From contig JASGJH010000001.1 in assembly GCA_047601445.1 (NCBI GenBank), forward strand, positions 5,568,001 through 5,632,000: a stretch of 64,000 nt of DNA, in the 5' to 3' direction. This DNA comes from Myxococcales bacterium. GTDB taxonomy: Bacteria > Myxococcota_A > Polyangia > Polyangiales > DASUME01. This document shows, in pieces, positions 60,944 to 64,000 of this stretch. The first letter of the stretch is position 1; each line of letters starts with the position of its first letter. The notes under the pieces are model-generated. The model was not told the origin of the DNA, did not search any database, and saw nothing but the letters and a program-made list of their open reading frames with translations. Made by a program: the position numbers and the translations under genes.

Positions 60944-62474
60944 CGTCGAGCGCCACGCCCGCTTCGTTGACCACCGCACCCGCGTCGAAGCCTCCGGTAC
61001 CGCTGTCCTTGCCCGCGTCCATGCCGCCGGTCGCCCCGGCGTCATGGGGTACTCCTGCGTCCGGAGTCATCGTACCGGCGTCGCGAATGGCGCCAGGTCC
61101 GCCGTCCTTGACGGGCCCGACGCCCGCATCTGTCTTGAGCCCGGCGTCCGTCAGCGGCACGGCGGGATCGCCCGCGTCATCCTGAATGATCACGCCAGCG
61201 TCCGAAACCATCGGCTCCTTCTTCATCACGCACGCGGCGCCCGCGCAGACGTCGTCGCAAACGGTCGAGCAATCTCCGCAATGCTGGCTGTCGCTGGCCA
61301 GGTCCACACACGACGCTCCGCATTGCGAGTATCCGAGCGGACATTGCGTGTCCTGCCTGGGCGCCGCCAACACGATGTTCTCGACCATCTTGCACGAGCT
61401 CGGATCGGCCAGACTGCCTCCGCTTCCGCTCTGCACCACCACCGCCTGCGAAGCCTGCGCCTCCGCCTGCGCCACCACGCTCAAGCGCGCGTTGGCAGGC
61501 ACCTCGAGCGCAAAGCACCCTTGGGCGTCCGCATAGGCCGTGTCCTGAGTGAACAGGTCCACGCCAGTGGCCGAGGCGCGCGCGTAGGCGATGGGCTTGC
61601 CCGCGCCGTCCACGACACAGGAGCTCACGCAGCTCAGACCCTGCACGAAGTTGCCCACGGTGAACCAACCGAAGCGGTCGATCTCGACCTGATAGACGGG
61701 CGCGCCCGCTTCATCCGTGGTGCTGAGAACTGGGCCCACTTCGAGCCAGCGATTCTGCTCGTCGTCGAAGCGATAGAGCGTGGACCCGGGAGCCTTGTCG
61801 CGACTCTTGTCGTGGGCCGGCATGCTGAGCGTGGCCGTGGCACCGGCCTTCAGTACCAGGTCCTTCCCCATCCGACTCGCGTTCACGTAGACGGGTGACT
61901 CGGCCGAGACCTTGCCCAGCTTGCCCTGCTTCTCCGCCTTGAACTCGCCCGGCAGAGAGCCCAACTCCTGCGCCTTCTGCGGGTTTGGCGCCGCGATGGA
62001 CAAGGTGGCTTCCTTGACGCTGGCGCCGGACTCGTCCCGCAGCTTGTCCCCGTCTACCTTCACGCTCGCACCATTGGCGGTCTTGGCCTCGCCACCCACG
62101 CTGGCGTCGATCTCCTTCTGGGCGTCGTAGCGCTTGGCCATCACTTCGATGTAGCCGTCGTTCTCGGGGGCCGTCTTGGACACGGGCGCATGCTGATCCG
62201 CGTGCACCACGAGGGTCTTGTCGCTGGTCTGATGCTTCAAGGAGAACGCGCCCTTGTCGTCGGACTGCGTGGCGCTGTCGCCCACCACCACCTTGGCTTG
62301 CCCGAGCGGCTCGCCGGTGTCCGCGCTAAAGGCGCGCCCCTTGAGCGTGGCGGCGCTGCCGTGGGTGGCGAGCTCTCCTTTTTGCGGGTCATCGCCGCAA
62401 CTCATCGAAAGACCGAGCCAACCCAAGCCGCCCGCGATCAGGAGCGCGCGCCCGACAACACGTTTCCCCAGCAT
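60936..62474 (-). CDS. Lipoprotein with carboxypeptidase-regulatory-like domains, Cys-rich module and DAG-repeat tail
   Basis: SMSC lipobox; GRAFSADTGEPL, LYRFDDEQNRW, CVDLASDSQHCGDC; repeated DAG. Confidence 0.82.
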   Translation of the reverse strand: MLGKRVVGRALLIAGGLGWLGLSMSCGDDPQKGELATHGSAATLKGRAFSADTGEPLGQAKVVVGDSATQSDDKGAFSLKHQTSDKTLVVHADQHAPVSKTAPENDGYIEVMAKRYDAQKEIDASVGGEAKTANGASVKVDGDKLRDESGASVKEATLSIAAPNPQKAQELGSLPGEFKAEKQGKLGKVSAESPVYVNASRMGKDLVLKAGATATLSMPAHDKSRDKAPGSTLYRFDDEQNRWLEVGPVLSTTDEAGAPVYQVEIDRFGWFTVGNFVQGLSCVSSCVVDGAGKPIAYARASATGVDLFTQDTAYADAQGCFALEVPANARLSVVAQAEAQASQAVVVQSGSGGSLADPSSCKMVENIVLAAPRQDTQCPLGYSQCGASCVDLASDSQHCGDCSTVCDDVCAGAACVMKKEPMVSDAGVIIQDDAGDPAVPLTDAGLKTDAGVGPVKDGGPGAIRDAGTMTPDAGVPHDAGATGGMDAGKDSGTGGFDAGAVVNEAGVALDAS

Positions 62475-62585
62475 GGTCTCAAGGCTAACGAACTCGTGCT
62501 GGGGAGAGAAAGCAGGCTGTTCGGCGCACCTTCCCTGCATGCGCTCGCAGCCTCCGCCATGTACCCCGAAGCGAGCTTCCGGGCT

Positions 62586-63923
62586 TCAGCGGTGACGGCC
62601 GCCGTGTCCGCCACCGTGCATCATGGGGGCCGACATCCGAGGAGGGGCACTCATGCGGGGCGGGGCGCTCATCATGCGGGGCGGGGCGCTCGGCGCGGCG
62701 CGCATCATCGAGGGCGACGACATGCGCGGCGCGGCCATGCTCGGCGAAGCGCGCATCATCGAAGGCGATGAGGTCCTGGGCGGGGCCGAATAGCGCGGGC
62801 TCGCGGAGCTGAAGCCGCTCGGCTGCGAGATGCGCGGAGGACTCCCCACCGAAGAACCCCGGTAGGTGGTCGCGGAGCCGTAGCTGTGGGTCCCGTTGAA
62901 ACGCGGGAAACTCTGGCGCGGCTGGCCCGGAGCCACCACTTGCCCCACGCCGCCGGGACGCACGCTGACCGAAGGTCGGGGCGCAGCGGCCGCGGAAGGA
63001 TAGTGATAGAGCGGGGAGTTGGACGGCCGGAAACCCGTGTTTGCAGCCGATATGCGACCCGCAGGGGCCGCTGCGATGACGCCCGCGCTCGGGCGCGGGC
63101 CCACGGGTCCGGCGATCACGTGATGCGGCGTGAAGGTGCGCACGGTCGCGTGCGTGACGGGGCGGGGTCCGACGTGCTGCACGATCACCGTGCTGCCTGG
63201 GTAAGCCCAACCGCCTGGCCCGTACCACCAGTACCCCGACGACCAGTACCAGCTGCCAGGCACGTAGGTGAAACCGATGCGGGGCGGACACCAGTAACCG
63301 GGCGCCCACACCCAGGCGGAATTCCACCACCAGTAGCCGCCGACCCAAACGTAGTTGGGGTACGGCATGGGAGGAGGCGTCTCGTAGAGCGGCACGGGCG
63401 GCGGCTGATCGCTGCGCTGCGCCACCTGTTGGGCCGGCACGTCGGTCTGGTAGGGCTGACTCAGATCGCCCTGGGAAAGCGGCACAGGAGCCTGCTGGCC
63501 GTCCGTGGCAGGCGCTGCACCCCGACTCGCGTCGGGGGCCGCGGGCGCGCTTGCCTCGCCCCCCGAGTCGGGCGGCGGCGCGGCGATGATCTCACGCTGC
63601 TGAGGCGGCGGGGCCTGAATGACCTGGCGCGGCGCCAGCGTCTGCATCGGCGCGGGATCTTGAAGTTGCAGCTGGGTCTCGTGGCCACTGCGTAGGCGGC
63701 CCCACGAGCACTGGCCAGACTCGTCGCAGAGCTGAGCGTAGACCGCCCCTCGCCCACATCCGTAGGCGCCGTAGCGGTTGTGCGCGATCTCGTCGACCTC
63801 AACGCGGTCGCAACTCAGATCGTGCTGAGCGACACTCACGACGTTGCGACCAGGTGAACCGGCGCATGCAGTGAGCAACCCCAGGAGCAGTGCAAAACCC
63901 GTCGTTCGTAGCATTGCCCGCAT
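62586..63923 (-). CDS. Lipoprotein with YXWGXW repeats and Pro/Ser/Met-rich tail
   Basis: LTAC lipobox; AQHDLSC...YGCG...Y; YVWVGGYWWW, WVWAPGYW, YVPGSWYW; SAPPRM repeats. Confidence 0.85.
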   Translation of the reverse strand: MRAMLRTTGFALLLGLLTACAGSPGRNVVSVAQHDLSCDRVEVDEIAHNRYGAYGCGRGAVYAQLCDESGQCSWGRLRSGHETQLQLQDPAPMQTLAPRQVIQAPPPQQREIIAAPPPDSGGEASAPAAPDASRGAAPATDGQQAPVPLSQGDLSQPYQTDVPAQQVAQRSDQPPPVPLYETPPPMPYPNYVWVGGYWWWNSAWVWAPGYWCPPRIGFTYVPGSWYWSSGYWWYGPGGWAYPGSTVIVQHVGPRPVTHATVRTFTPHHVIAGPVGPRPSAGVIAAAPAGRISAANTGFRPSNSPLYHYPSAAAAPRPSVSVRPGGVGQVVAPGQPRQSFPRFNGTHSYGSATTYRGSSVGSPPRISQPSGFSSASPRYSAPPRTSSPSMMRASPSMAAPRMSSPSMMRAAPSAPPRMMSAPPRMSAPPRMSAPMMHGGGHGGRHR

Positions 63924-64000
63924 ACGACGAGCATGACACGCAAATCATTCCAAAGAGAGCACTCTTGGGACCCGGCGTTTCGGGCCGCTCAGGCCGCAGG

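Overview
High-GC (about two-thirds G+C by eye), gene-dense bacterial DNA. The gene content (Cys-rich and DAG/GD-rich lipoproteins, TonB_C-fused TonB-dependent receptors, a PEGA Ser/Thr kinase) points to a myxobacterium, probably Polyangiales-like; this is an inference. In order: (1) a giant exported propeller/phage-fibre-like/SpvB/FG-GAP protein whose YD/RHS tail continues off the left edge after a +1 frameshift; (2) an AraC/methyltransferase pair, a membrane protein and a dienelactone hydrolase; (3) a nine-gene minus-strand envelope operon (PstS-like protein, small lipoprotein, porin, lipoprotein, ExbB, ExbD, TonB, TBDT, lipoprotein); (4) a sulfate island (sulP, sigma54 activator, porin-sbp-cysTWA); (5) corA, a serine acetyltransferase and yhhQ; (6) an FG-GAP/CARDB lipoprotein, a DsbA-parvulin fusion, a second TBDT-lipoprotein pair, and a kinase with a LysM partner; (7) housekeeping and lipid genes. 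Best lead: a 16-bp palindrome (CCGTGA-N4-TCACGG) recurs about ten times in three intergenic regions, and sigma54 -24/-12 promoters precede both the sulfate operon and the uncharacterised TonB/PstS-like operon, suggesting one sulfur-responsive regulon with an undescribed outer-membrane uptake or export machine. Also seen: a 78-bp structured repeat with a compensatory base change (two inverted copies bracket yhhQ), a CIRCE operator before an unknown gene, and a recurring leaderless-promoter signature. No rRNA, tRNA, CRISPR or transposase was recognised. All family assignments come from motif recognition by eye, not database searches.
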